Source: Limnothrix sp. BL-A-16
Lineage (GTDB): Bacteria; Cyanobacteriota; Cyanobacteriia; CACIAM-69d
Direction of reading: 5' to 3'
NCBI GenBank assembly: GCA_041937175.2
Contig: CP166615.1
Span: 1,024,001-1,088,000, forward strand
DNA length: 64,000 nt
Part shown: one piece after another, positions 20,574 through 31,119 of the stretch
How positions within the stretch are numbered: the first letter of the stretch is position 1
Layout of the letters: the number at the start of each line of letters is the position of its first letter
Program-made: the position numbers and the translations under genes
Notes under the pieces: model-generated
The model's database searches: none
Seen by the model: the letters and a program-made list of their open reading frames with translations, nothing else
What the model was told of the DNA's origin: nothing

Positions 20574-21155
20574 ATGGCCATTCGGATTTACGGTAACCGA
20601 TCGCTGAAAACGCTACCCGGCCAAACAACCCGGCCGACTGTTTCGCGGGTAAGGGAGGCGTTGTTTCAAATTTGGCAAGGAACGATCGGGGGTTGTCGTT
20701 GGCTGGACATTTGCGCCGGATCCGGATCGATGGGCGCGGAGGCCCTAGCGCGGGGGGCGGTTTTGGTGGTGGGGGTGGAGCAGTTGCCCCAAGCCTGCGG
20801 AGTGATTCGAGACAATTGGCAACGCATTGCCCGATCGCCCCAACGGTTTGAAATTGTGCGGGGAGATGCGCCACGGGTCTTGGCTCGATTGCGAGGCCAA
20901 CGGTTCGATCTCATCTATTTCGATCCGCCCTATGCCGGTGGCCTGTATGAACCGGTTTTGCAGGTTGTTGCTGGGGCGCAATTGTTGGCGGAGGCGGGTG
21001 AATGTGCGGTTGAGTTTAATCCTCGACAGTGGCAGCCGCCGCTTCAGGTGGGCCAGCTTCGGTGCGATCGGGTCAAGACCTATGGCAACTGTGCCCTGGC
21101 TTTTTATGGCTGGTCTGAGGCAACCGCACCTGAGGAAACCCTAGATCTTGCCTGA
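20574..21155 (+). CDS. rsmD: 16S rRNA m2G966 methyltransferase
   Basis: TRPT..RVREALF, LDICAGSGSMGAEAL and YFDPPY. Confidence 0.93.
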   Translation: MAIRIYGNRSLKTLPGQTTRPTVSRVREALFQIWQGTIGGCRWLDICAGSGSMGAEALARGAVLVVGVEQLPQACGVIRDNWQRIARSPQRFEIVRGDAPRVLARLRGQRFDLIYFDPPYAGGLYEPVLQVVAGAQLLAEAGECAVEFNPRQWQPPLQVGQLRCDRVKTYGNCALAFYGWSEATAPEETLDLA

Positions 21156-21381
21156 AGTGGCCCTGGCTGATGATATTTATCCAGAGCCTGTATGGATCTT
21201 CCTAATGTAGATCTTCTTGTATAGATAGGTTTTGTACAGAAACGATGACTCAACCCCTTCCAACTAGTCCCGCAGGCTGCAACAGGTAGTCTGGCACACA
21301 GCAGCAGCGGCAACGGCTGCACCATACTCGATGGTCGGGAACCCAGCGTGTGAAGCGATCGCCGCTGTCTGTCCGGGGGCC

Positions 21382-23244
21382 ATGAAACCGCGAATTATCA
21401 TTTGTGGCTTGGGGCGCACGGGTTACAAGGTTTTTAATTTGTTGCACCAGCAGGGGGCGGCGGTCACGGGCATTAGCGATCGCCCTTTGCCGGGAATGAA
21501 CAATGCGCAGGTGGTGGTGGGGGATCCCACTTCGGCGGCGGTGTTGCTGTCGGCGGGGGTTGCCACGGCCCAAACCCTGGTGTTGGTGGGCGATCGGGAC
21601 TCGCAGAATTTAGCGATCTTGATGCAGGCGCGATTGTTAAACCCGAATTTGCGGGTGGTGCATCGCCTCTATAACGCTCAGTTGGGCGATCGCCTGGATT
21701 CCACCTTGGCGGATCACAATAGTTTGAGCGTTTCGGCCCTGGCGGCTCCGGCGTTTGTGTTTGCGGCCTTGGGCAGTCGGGCGATCGGGCAAGTACGACT
21801 GTTTGATCGCCTTTGGCCGATGCGGGAAGAGGCGATCGATTTTGGCCATCCCTGGTTGGGGCGACGGCTTTCGGAACTGTGGGACGATCGGGATCGGATG
21901 CTAATCGACTACTTGCCAGTTACGCCAGTCGATCGAGGGAGCAATCGTTACGACCCAGAAGACCCACACCGAGAGGCCCATCGCGAGGCCGCACGCGATT
22001 TTTCCCGGGATCTCCAGGGTTATCCCGATGAGCCACGAGGCGACGTGCGCTTTGCGGATCGCCCCAACTTGGTGGCTGCCCTCAGCCTGGCCCGGGAACT
22101 GCAAGTGGGCGATCGGCTGATTGTGGCCACGCGCCCCACACGCCGACCGTCCCAACTGAAACGCCGCCAACGGTTACAAAGTTTTTTCGATGGTTTGGGG
22201 CGTTTGGGTCACCAAGGCCGCCCGGCGGCGATCGCCTTTGTGGTGCTGTTGCTGGCGATTGTGGTGTCCACCATTCTCTATGACGTGGCTGCCAACACCC
22301 ATTTATCGCTGATTGAAGCGTTCTATTTTGCCGTGGGCACAATTACCGGGGCCGGCGGCAAGGAAGATATGCTCGATCGGGCCCCCGATGCCCTCAAAAT
22401 CTACACCGCTCTGTTGATGTTGGTGGGGGCTGGCATTGTCGGGATTTGCTACGCCCTGCTGAACGATTACATCTTGGGAACTCGGTTTCAGCAGGTTTTG
22501 GAGGTGGTGCGGTTGCCCAAACGCGGCCACTTCATTGTGGCCGGGCTGGGAGGTTTGGGCCTCAAAACCGCCCGGGAACTGCGGGCCCAAGGTTGCGAAG
22601 TGGTGGTGATTGAACAGGATCCCCACAATCGATTTTTGGCCACCGCCCGATCGCTGCAAATCCCCGTGGTGATTGGGGATGCCACCCTGCCAGAAACCTT
22701 AGTTGCCGTTGGGGTTGAGCGTGCTGAAGCGCTCCTCACCACAACTCAAGATGAATTGGCTAACCTGGAGATTGGGCTAAATGCCCGTACCATCGCCCCT
22801 CGGCTAGCGATTGTGTTGCGCAATCAGGATCCCCAATCGGCCATGATGATGCAGCAGGTTTTTGAATTTGAAACGGTGCTCAGTCCCGTGGAGCTTGCTG
22901 CGCCGGCCTTTGCGGCGGCCGCCTTAGGAGGGCGGATCTTGGGCAGTGGTGTCACGGGCGATCGGCTGTGGGTGGCCCTCGGAACCCTCATCACCCCCCT
23001 CCATCCCCTTTGTGGCATGGATGTGGAAACTGCCGCCATTCACCTTGACTTTGTGCCGCTATATCTGGAGCGCCCCGACCACGCCACCATCCACGGCTGG
23101 GAACTGCTGCAAACCATTTTGGGGGCCCATGATGTTTTGTATCTGTCCATTCCCGCCTGTTACCTCGATCGATTGTGGCGTTTGGCAAGCGATCGCATCC
23201 TCAATCAACATCACGACAAGCAATTTCGACGGATCGATCGCTGA
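21382..23244 (+). CDS. K+ channel-like protein with two TrkA-N (RCK) domains around a 2-TM pore
   Basis: IICGLGRTG and IVAGLGGLG Rossmann motifs; pore-like segment EAFYFAVGTITGAGG. Confidence 0.85.
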   Translation: MKPRIIICGLGRTGYKVFNLLHQQGAAVTGISDRPLPGMNNAQVVVGDPTSAAVLLSAGVATAQTLVLVGDRDSQNLAILMQARLLNPNLRVVHRLYNAQLGDRLDSTLADHNSLSVSALAAPAFVFAALGSRAIGQVRLFDRLWPMREEAIDFGHPWLGRRLSELWDDRDRMLIDYLPVTPVDRGSNRYDPEDPHREAHREAARDFSRDLQGYPDEPRGDVRFADRPNLVAALSLARELQVGDRLIVATRPTRRPSQLKRRQRLQSFFDGLGRLGHQGRPAAIAFVVLLLAIVVSTILYDVAANTHLSLIEAFYFAVGTITGAGGKEDMLDRAPDALKIYTALLMLVGAGIVGICYALLNDYILGTRFQQVLEVVRLPKRGHFIVAGLGGLGLKTARELRAQGCEVVVIEQDPHNRFLATARSLQIPVVIGDATLPETLVAVGVERAEALLTTTQDELANLEIGLNARTIAPRLAIVLRNQDPQSAMMMQQVFEFETVLSPVELAAPAFAAAALGGRILGSGVTGDRLWVALGTLITPLHPLCGMDVETAAIHLDFVPLYLERPDHATIHGWELLQTILGAHDVLYLSIPACYLDRLWRLASDRILNQHHDKQFRRIDR

Positions 23245-23623
23245 AACTTCCCCTTCGTCATTGGCAGGGAATCTGCTCGATCGCTAAATCCTGCATGGTT
23301 TTCACCAATATCCCTTGATTTCTATTGCCGTCAGTTGCGGCAATAGAACAGCATTTTCGACTTAATTTGATCAGCAACCTGCCACCGGGGCCCAATAACT
23401 GCGGTATGATCAACAGCATCAGATAATTAAGAAAAAATTAATAACAAAAACAAATATGTATTTGTACTCAGGCTTGAACAACGTTGATCGAGCTACTCGA
23501 TGCTTAATTAGATCTGGGGCCAAGCCTTAAATTTTTAATTTTCCTAGCCTAAAAGTTGTGAAATTCAGGAATATCAAGGTGCAATTCAGCTTTCGTCAGC
23601 ACACAAACTTCTACTAAAAGTCC

Positions 23624-25399
23624 ATGGCTTCCTCTAGCTTATCTCCTCTTTTCGTGGCCAAAAAGTTTCAATTTCAGTTTCAGCAGTGGAAAGCAGCCAT
23701 GATTAGCTTCAAGCCAACCGCGATTCGCTCCAAAATTGCCAGCGGTTATCTGGTTGCTTTAGGGATTCCAATCATCGGAGCCTCGATCGGGATTTTGATT
23801 GGTAATCACTACCAAGCAGCCGCCGACCAAAAATTAGCAGAATATCGCGAAGATCAAAGGCGATTGTTGGATTTACAAATTAATATTTTGTCCAACTTGC
23901 CCGCAAAATCCCTGAGTCCCTTTACCCATGACTCAGTATCTTTCCGCAAAGCCGGTCAAGCTTTGATCAAACGAATTGAAACTGTCAGCGAATTGACAGA
24001 AGGAATGGCCACCGATGATCGGCCCCTATTCATCCAAAATAGAACCGCCTTTAAGCAATATGCAACGGTGGTGTCAGAGTTTTCAAGCTTTGTTCAGCGA
24101 TCGATTAAGATAATTCAACCGTTGGCCGGTAGCATCAAGAATCAGTACAAGGTTGATGCAGAAATTGGCAAACTCCTCCGTAGCCAGGAATTTAATAACT
24201 TCATCGCCTTCACCAATGTTTTGGAGTCCTTAAATATTGATGCCAATCAAGAACTATTAACTGCGGTTCAAGATCGGCGCGAGGCAGAAAATTTTCGACT
24301 GATGATGGCGGTCGGGAGTATTTTTCTGGCGTTGTTGGTATCGGTGTTGCTTGGTAATTACACCAGCCGCACGATCGCCCAACCGATCGAAGATCTGGCC
24401 AGCCTTGCCCAACAGGTGACCCACGATGCCAACACCCGACTGCGGGCCGATGTCACGACCGTTGACGAGGTGGGAACCTTAGCCCAATCCGTGAACCAGT
24501 TGATTGAGTGGGTGGAAAACTACACGCGAGATTTGCAAGCGGCCCAGTTGCAATTGGTACAAACAGAAAAGATGTCTAGCTTAGGAGAATTGGTGGGCGG
24601 ATTAGCCCATGAAATCAATAATCCGATTAGCTTTATCTACGGCAACTTGGGCTATGTCGATCAGTATGTCTCTGATTTGATTTATTTGGTGAAATATTAT
24701 CAGGAAAAATATCCCCAAGATGAAACTGATATTGATATGGAAGAGAAAATTGAAGAATTAGAATTTGTAATTGAAGATCTGCCTAAAATGCTGATTTCCA
24801 TGAAATCGGGAGCGGAGCGGATTCGCGAACTGGTGGTTTCGTTGCGCAATTTTTCACGGTTGGATGAAGCTGATCTCAAAGCCGTTGATTTGCATGAAGG
24901 ACTAGAAAACACCCTGTTGATGTTGAACTATCGCCTACAACATTGCCGTTTGGAAGATGATATTAAAATCACCAAGCGCTATGGCGACTTGCCGGAAGTT
25001 GAATGCTATCCAGCACAGCTCAATCAGGTTTTTATGAATGTGTTGGACAATGCGATCGATGTTTTGAGTGATGAATCAATCCTCCATCCTGAAATTACCC
25101 TGAGCACCCAGGTCATTGATTCCGAATGGGTACAACTGAGCATTACCGATAACGGCCCAGGCGTTGAAGAAGCGATTCAGGGTAAGTTGTTTGACCCGTT
25201 TTTCACCACCAAGCCGATCGGGCAGGGAACGGGCTTGGGCTTGGCGATCGCCTATCAGGTGGTGCAGCAACATGAAGGGCAAATTCGAGTGATTTCAGCA
25301 CCGGGTCAAGGGACTACCATTCAAATTGAGTTGCCCATTCAACAAAAATTAGAACCCGAGGAAAATATGCAACCAGCTTTGGAAAAAGCTTTGGCGTAG
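23624..25399 (+). CDS. Membrane sensor histidine kinase (HAMP, HisKA, HATPase)
   Basis: Two TMs, DEVGTLA HAMP, AHEINNP H-box, N box, DNGPG, FFTTK and GTGLGL. Confidence 0.93.
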   Translation: MASSSLSPLFVAKKFQFQFQQWKAAMISFKPTAIRSKIASGYLVALGIPIIGASIGILIGNHYQAAADQKLAEYREDQRRLLDLQINILSNLPAKSLSPFTHDSVSFRKAGQALIKRIETVSELTEGMATDDRPLFIQNRTAFKQYATVVSEFSSFVQRSIKIIQPLAGSIKNQYKVDAEIGKLLRSQEFNNFIAFTNVLESLNIDANQELLTAVQDRREAENFRLMMAVGSIFLALLVSVLLGNYTSRTIAQPIEDLASLAQQVTHDANTRLRADVTTVDEVGTLAQSVNQLIEWVENYTRDLQAAQLQLVQTEKMSSLGELVGGLAHEINNPISFIYGNLGYVDQYVSDLIYLVKYYQEKYPQDETDIDMEEKIEELEFVIEDLPKMLISMKSGAERIRELVVSLRNFSRLDEADLKAVDLHEGLENTLLMLNYRLQHCRLEDDIKITKRYGDLPEVECYPAQLNQVFMNVLDNAIDVLSDESILHPEITLSTQVIDSEWVQLSITDNGPGVEEAIQGKLFDPFFTTKPIGQGTGLGLAIAYQVVQQHEGQIRVISAPGQGTTIQIELPIQQKLEPEENMQPALEKALA

Positions 25400-25535
25400 C
25401 AACCCGGTCAGGGCTTCCCGCGATCGCGCCATGGAAAATCCAGCGTTCAGAAGTTTGATCATCGAATCCCGATTCGTTGTATGAATTTGGTGTCCGAGTT
25501 TGGTGAATTTGGCCCATCTAAGGTGCATCAATCCG

Positions 25536-26177
25536 ATGACTGAAATTTCTGTGAACCGTTGGCAATCCACCGATCATGCCCTCAGCTATTTGGCGCGGGC
25601 CGATCGAATTCCGCGTCGCACTGAAGGGGAAGCGGCCCTGCTGGAACAAGTGCCGAAAACGGTACAGAGCATTTTGGATTTGGGTACGGGTAATGGACGA
25701 CTGCTGGCGTTGCTGAAGGTCGATCGCCCGGCGGTGGTGGGGGTGGCGCTGGATTTTTCGGAAACCATGTTGGCGGCGGTGCGCGATCGATTTGCGGCCG
25801 ATGACAAGGTGACCGTGGTGGCCCACAATCTCGATACCCCCTTGCCAGAGTTGGGGAAATTTGATGCGATCGTGTCGAGTTTTGCGATTCATCACCTCAG
25901 CCATGATCGCAAGCGATCGCTCTATCAAGAGGTATTTCAACGACTGGAGCCGGGGGGCATTTTTGCCAACTTGGAACATGTGGCTTCGCCAACACCCCAG
26001 CTCCATGAGCAATTTTTGAAAGCGATTGGCTATCGACCAGGAGAAGATGACCCATCCAATCAATTATTGGATGTTGAAACACAGCTTCAATGGTTTCGAG
26101 ATATTGGCTTTCAGCAGGTTGATTGCTATTGGAAGTGGTTGGAAATGGCGCTGCTAATTGGCCTCAAACCAGCCTAA
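25536..26177 (+). CDS. Class I SAM-dependent methyltransferase
   Basis: ILDLGTGNG and FDAIVSSFAIHH. Confidence 0.9.
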   Translation: MTEISVNRWQSTDHALSYLARADRIPRRTEGEAALLEQVPKTVQSILDLGTGNGRLLALLKVDRPAVVGVALDFSETMLAAVRDRFAADDKVTVVAHNLDTPLPELGKFDAIVSSFAIHHLSHDRKRSLYQEVFQRLEPGGIFANLEHVASPTPQLHEQFLKAIGYRPGEDDPSNQLLDVETQLQWFRDIGFQQVDCYWKWLEMALLIGLKPA

Positions 26178-26449
26178 GTTTTTGGGGATCAATGGGCGAA
26201 TTTCAGGATGTTTCCTGGATTTTGGCGTTTTAAAGCCAGCGCGATCAGTTACAGTCCTTTACAATCGAATCGATTCAGGCCGCAACCCCAGGAAGCGACA
26301 ACGGGGCAAGATGGCCGCGTCGATCGCCCGCTGGATCCGTAGCCGGGGCATCGAGGGCTTGCCTGAAGCCTGTCTGAGCAATGCCGGTTTGGGTCACGGC
26401 TGCCGACCCCCTTTAACCATTCAAAGAACTTTAGAAAACCCGAAGCCCT

Positions 26450-27349
26450 ATGACTGCGCTGGTTTCCCCGACTGACTCCCTGGCCCAGGAGGCCTTTCAA
26501 ACCTGGCTGTGGCGTGGCTACCGAGTGCAATGGTTAGCCCAGGGCAGCGGCCAGCCGATCGTGCTGTTGCATGGGTTTGGGGCTTCGATCGGCCATTGGC
26601 GCAAAAATATCCCCGCCCTGGCCGCGGCCGGCTACCGGGTCTATGCGATCGACCTGTTGGGGTTTGGGGGATCCCAAAAGCCCCCGATCGATTACAGCAT
26701 GGAGCTTTGGCAAGATTTGGTTTTGGATTTTTGGGCTGAATTCATCCAAGAGCCAGCCCTGTGGGTGGGTAACTCGATCGGGGCGCTGTTAGCCCTGATG
26801 CTATCGGCGGCCGCTCCGGAGCGCACCCGAGGAACGGTGCTGCTGAACTGCGCCGGAGGGCTAAATCATCGCCCTGAGGAGTTGAACCCGGTGTTGCGGT
26901 TGGTGATGGGCACGTTTGCCCAAGTGGTGAATACCCCAGGAATTGGGCGGTTCATGTTCAATCAAATTCGCCAAAAACACCGGATTCGCGGCACGCTCAA
27001 GCAGGTTTATGGAAACCCAGAAGCCGTTACGCCGGAACTGGTGGATTTGCTGCATGAACCTTCCGGGGATGAGGGCGCATACGAAACCTTTGCCTCAATT
27101 TTGGCCGCACCGCCGGGCCCCAAACCCGAAACGCTGCTGCCCCAAATTGCCGGGCCGCTGTTGGTGTTGTGGGGGGAAACGGATCCTTGGACACCGATTC
27201 AGGGAGCCAAAATCTATCAGGATTTGGCGGAAACGGCGGGCGATCGGGTAACGTTCTTGTCGATTCCCAATACGGGCCATTGCCCCCACGATGAGCGTCC
27301 CGAAGTTGTCAACTCGGCGATCGTCAACTGGCTGAGTCAGATGGCCTGA
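26450..27349 (+). CDS. Alpha/beta hydrolase
   Basis: LLHGFGAS, DLLGFG, GNSIG and GHCPHDE. Confidence 0.92.
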   Translation: MTALVSPTDSLAQEAFQTWLWRGYRVQWLAQGSGQPIVLLHGFGASIGHWRKNIPALAAAGYRVYAIDLLGFGGSQKPPIDYSMELWQDLVLDFWAEFIQEPALWVGNSIGALLALMLSAAAPERTRGTVLLNCAGGLNHRPEELNPVLRLVMGTFAQVVNTPGIGRFMFNQIRQKHRIRGTLKQVYGNPEAVTPELVDLLHEPSGDEGAYETFASILAAPPGPKPETLLPQIAGPLLVLWGETDPWTPIQGAKIYQDLAETAGDRVTFLSIPNTGHCPHDERPEVVNSAIVNWLSQMA

Positions 27350-27354
27350 GTGGG

Positions 27355-27445
27355 GCGCTAAATTTTTGACGCTCGCTTAACCTTTGGCGCTAAATCTTTG
27401 ACGCTAAATTTTTGACGCTTAACCTTTGACGCTAAATCTTTGACG
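27355..27445. repeat. 14-bp tandem repeat, 6 units, with ABC-ABC higher-order structure
   Basis: RCGCTAAATTTTTG / ACGCTTAACCTTTG / RCGCTAAATCTTTG repeated twice; one unit has a 4-bp CGCT duplication. Confidence 0.85.
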
Positions 27446-27810
27446 GTTGACCGTTGGCTGACCGCTGATTAGCCGCACAACGAGGGCCCGTTGCGCCTAA
27501 TCCACGCGGCGGCCGGGCCGATCGCGTTGCAAAACCTTGCAAAATTCAAGTCAAGTTCACCGCCAAGCCGGGCCCAATGGCAATATGGACGGGCCCGATG
27601 CAATGGGCAACCCGACCCCAGGGCGATCGGCTGTTCCCGCATTTTGGAATTAGCCCCAGGCTATCCCCGCGATCGGGGTTGCCCCGGGTTCATCAACCGC
27701 AACGCTCACCCATAGGCAGGTTATGGAGAGGTGCTGTGCGAGCGCAGTGCCGACGACTTGCCAATGACGCGCAAATTACGAGACACAGCTCTGAGCTGGC
27801 CGCTGATCGC

Positions 27811-29343
27811 ATGACTGCCAATCAATCTTCCGCCTCCCGATCGAACCGTCGCGCCAAAGCTGTCAAGTTTGTGAGGCGCTGGCATTTGGTGCTGTGGACT
27901 GAGCGGCTGCTGATCCTCGTCGCTTGGCTAAATTTGATGTTGGTGGCGTTCCACATGACCTATGTGCCGCTGCGATCGTGGTACTTGCGCGCGGCCCTGC
28001 TGGTGCGAGATTGGGGCACGGAGCTTCCCTTGCTGGGCCAGGTAGTGGGGCCGCCGGGGGAAGTGCGGCTGTTCTATGACCCGATCGTGGGGATTGAGCC
28101 GGAACGCCAAACCCAGGCTTACCTGAAAGTGGTTGATCAACTGGTGACGGTGCTGGAGCGCGGGGGCGTTGATTCGCCTCAGGTGTCGCCCCTGCTGGCA
28201 GATCTGCGCGATCGCAGCCAGGAAATGATTAACCAAAATCCGTTCACCCTGTCCGATCGCACCGGTAGCCTGGAAATTATTAAAAACCGAATGCGCGATC
28301 GACTGGGTTTGGAGTCCTCCAAACGCGCCTTTGACACCTTTTGGAGTGTTGACTATCTCCGTTCGCGCACCTGGACCAGGGAACTCCGATTTTTTGATCG
28401 AGAAATTCGGTTTCAACTGCAAAGTAACTATTTTCGCAGCATTGGGGAAGACGGGCGACCCGCCGACTATTTTGGAATTTTAGATACGCCCTTTGTCATT
28501 TTGTTTGCGGTGGAATTTGTGGTGCGAACTTTGTGGATTCGTCGCCGCTACTCTGCCCTCAGTTGGCAAGCCGCTGCCTTCAGCCATTGGTGGGATTTGT
28601 TGTTCATTAGTCCCTTCTTCCGTTGGTTGCGAATTATTCCCGTCGTCATCCGTAGCAACAAGGCACAATTTCCCAACTTGGAACCGATTCGGGCCCTGAT
28701 CAGCCGAGGAATTTTGGCGGGCATTGCCTCGGAATTAACGGAAGTGGTGGTGCTGGAATTTATCTATGGTCTCCAGAGTTCGGTGAAATCCGGCAGCTTG
28801 TCCCAGCAAATTTTGGATGTGGCGAATAATCCCTATGTGGAAGTGAATGATGTGAATGAGATTCAGGCGATTTTTGATCGCGTTCTGCAACTGAGTCTCT
28901 ATCGTGTTCTGCCCGAAATTCAAGAGGATTTAGCCAAACTTTTGGCCTATCAAATGGAATCGGTTTTGGCTCGCACACCAACCTATCAAGCCCTGCGAGC
29001 TTTGCCAGGATTCAGCAATTTTTCAAATCAATTGGCGGGGCAAATTGCGGCAAATCTATCCGCCATTGCCACTAATGTGCCCCAAAAGGCCTACAAAACC
29101 TTTGCGGTTCCTGATCCTGAGGCGGAAAAGTTGCTTGAAAAATTAGTCGAGGATGCTTCGGCTGCGTTTCGTCAGGGATTGGCAGAACCGAAAACTCAGC
29201 AGGAATTGCAAGAGCTAATTTTTGATTTGTTGGAAGAGCTGAAGTTGAGCTACATCAAGCGATCGCGCGATCGGGCGGATTCCTTACAAATCTTGCAGGA
29301 AACGGAGCAGTTGCGGCTCAAGGCAGGAAAGACCAAACTTTGA
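27811..29343 (+). CDS. Hypothetical membrane protein
   Basis: Long ORF with TM segments and WWDLLF..PFFRWLRIIPV; start uncertain (ORF track gives 27577). Confidence 0.75.
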   Translation: MTANQSSASRSNRRAKAVKFVRRWHLVLWTERLLILVAWLNLMLVAFHMTYVPLRSWYLRAALLVRDWGTELPLLGQVVGPPGEVRLFYDPIVGIEPERQTQAYLKVVDQLVTVLERGGVDSPQVSPLLADLRDRSQEMINQNPFTLSDRTGSLEIIKNRMRDRLGLESSKRAFDTFWSVDYLRSRTWTRELRFFDREIRFQLQSNYFRSIGEDGRPADYFGILDTPFVILFAVEFVVRTLWIRRRYSALSWQAAAFSHWWDLLFISPFFRWLRIIPVVIRSNKAQFPNLEPIRALISRGILAGIASELTEVVVLEFIYGLQSSVKSGSLSQQILDVANNPYVEVNDVNEIQAIFDRVLQLSLYRVLPEIQEDLAKLLAYQMESVLARTPTYQALRALPGFSNFSNQLAGQIAANLSAIATNVPQKAYKTFAVPDPEAEKLLEKLVEDASAAFRQGLAEPKTQQELQELIFDLLEELKLSYIKRSRDRADSLQILQETEQLRLKAGKTKL

Positions 29344-29479
29344 TTTCGCTCAGCCCAAATCCAGCCAACACAGACCAGCCGATGGCAACCGAGATTTCTT
29401 AACTCACGCTTAACGAACATGCTTAACTAAACTGTCGTTGGGCAAAGAGCTGAACAACGGTTAAGCGGCAGGTGATGTT

Positions 29480-31012
29480 ATGCAAGTGGTGAAAACTGTG
29501 GCGGCCTTGCGCTGCGCAATGGAATTGTTTCGATCGAGCGCTGCTGGCATCGCGATCGGCTTGGTTCCCACCATGGGGGCCCTGCATGAGGGCCATCGCA
29601 GCCTGATGACCCGGGCCCGATCGCAGTGCGGCCGGGTGGTGGTCAGCATCTTTGTCAATCCGCTGCAATTTGGGCCCCAGGAAGATCTGGAGCGCTATCC
29701 CCGAAATTTGGCGGCAGATTTGGCCCTTTGCGAAGCGGCGGGGGTGGATTTGGTTTTTGTTCCTACGCCTGCGGAATTGGGCGTGGCAGTCGATCGCGCG
29801 GAACTGACCCAAGTGATCCCGCCGGATCGGTTGGCCACTGTGCTCTGTGGCCGATCGCGGCCGGGCCACTTCCAAGGGGTAACCACGATCGTGACCAAGC
29901 TGTTGAATTTGGTGCAGCCTGATTTGGCCTTTTTTGGCCAAAAGGATGCCCAGCAAGTGGCGATTTTGCGGCAGTTGGTGGCGGATTTGAACCTGCCGGT
30001 GGAACTGATTACCTGCCCGATCGTCCGAGAGCGCGATGGCTTGGCCCTCAGTTCCCGTAACCAATATCTGAACGCCACGGAACGGCAGCAGGCCTTGGCC
30101 ATTTTCCAGAGCCTGCAAGGGGCGATCGCCCAATTCCAGGCCGGCGAGCGATCGGCGGCGGCCCTGTTGGAACCGGTGCGATCGACCCTCAGCCAAGCGC
30201 CGGGCCTGAGCCTGGACTATGCCGAGCTGGTGGATCCCGACTCCCTCGCGCCCCTGCAAACCTTAGAGCAGGCGGGCCTGTTGGCGGTGGCGGCCCAGGT
30301 GGGATCGGCGCGCCTGATTGACAACGTGATTCTGCAAACGCGCCGGCCGATTGTGGCCATCGATGGGCCAGCGGGCGCGGGCAAGTCCACCGTGACCCGA
30401 CGGGTGGCCCAGCAATTGGGGCTGCTGTATTTGGATACGGGAGCCATGTATCGATCGGTGGCTTGGTTGGCCCTCGATCGGGGCCTGGATCCCGCCGATC
30501 GCCTGGCCATGGCTGAGCTATCCGCCGATTGCACTATCCGCTTTGGCGAACCGGTCACCCCCGGCGGTGAACAGCGCGTTTGGATCAATGGCCAAGAGGT
30601 GACCAGCTTGATCCGAACTCCGACCGTCACTGCTCAAGTGTCCGTGGTGGCGGCCCATTCGGAGGTGCGGCGGGCCCTGGTGGCCCAACAACGGGCGATC
30701 GGGCGTTGGGGCGGCCTGGTGGCCGAAGGGCGCGACATTGGCACCCATGTTTTTCCCGAGGCGGAGGTGAAAATCTTTTTGACCGCCACCCCCCGAGAGC
30801 GGGCTAAGCGACGGTTACAGGATTGGCGCGATCGGGGCCAATCTGACCTGCCGGATTTGGATAGCCTGGAAGCCGCCATCACCGAGCGCGATTACCAGGA
30901 CAGCAACCGCGCCGTCGCACCCATGGTTAAGGCTATGGATGCTTGGGAGTTGGTCACCGATGGCATGACGATCGAGCAAGTGGTGCAAGCGATTGTGGCG
31001 CGGGTTCCTTAG
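29480..31012 (+). CDS. panC/cmk: Bifunctional pantoate-beta-alanine ligase / cytidylate kinase
   Basis: VPTMGALHEGH, FGQKDAQQ and RLIDN, then AIDGPAGAGKST and EGRDIG. Confidence 0.97.
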   Translation: MQVVKTVAALRCAMELFRSSAAGIAIGLVPTMGALHEGHRSLMTRARSQCGRVVVSIFVNPLQFGPQEDLERYPRNLAADLALCEAAGVDLVFVPTPAELGVAVDRAELTQVIPPDRLATVLCGRSRPGHFQGVTTIVTKLLNLVQPDLAFFGQKDAQQVAILRQLVADLNLPVELITCPIVRERDGLALSSRNQYLNATERQQALAIFQSLQGAIAQFQAGERSAAALLEPVRSTLSQAPGLSLDYAELVDPDSLAPLQTLEQAGLLAVAAQVGSARLIDNVILQTRRPIVAIDGPAGAGKSTVTRRVAQQLGLLYLDTGAMYRSVAWLALDRGLDPADRLAMAELSADCTIRFGEPVTPGGEQRVWINGQEVTSLIRTPTVTAQVSVVAAHSEVRRALVAQQRAIGRWGGLVAEGRDIGTHVFPEAEVKIFLTATPRERAKRRLQDWRDRGQSDLPDLDSLEAAITERDYQDSNRAVAPMVKAMDAWELVTDGMTIEQVVQAIVARVP

Positions 31013-31114
31013 GGGCTGTCATCCTGGGGGCTGAATTTTGATCCGGGTCGCTGGCGATCATCTCCGGGACGGAGTAGGCGCGATTCCTGGGGTGCAAAAT
31101 TCGATGACAGGCCC
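31012..31114. mobile_element. MITE with family-B-type ends (103 bp)
   Basis: TIRs GGGGCTGTCATC / GATGACAGGCCC (1 mismatch); TA on both sides (31010-31011, 31115-31116). Confidence 0.8.
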
Positions 31115-31119
31115 TAATC

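Noticed and set aside
27355..27445. Possible CRISPR array
   Set aside because: Units are 14 bp and contiguous, with no spacers and no cas genes.
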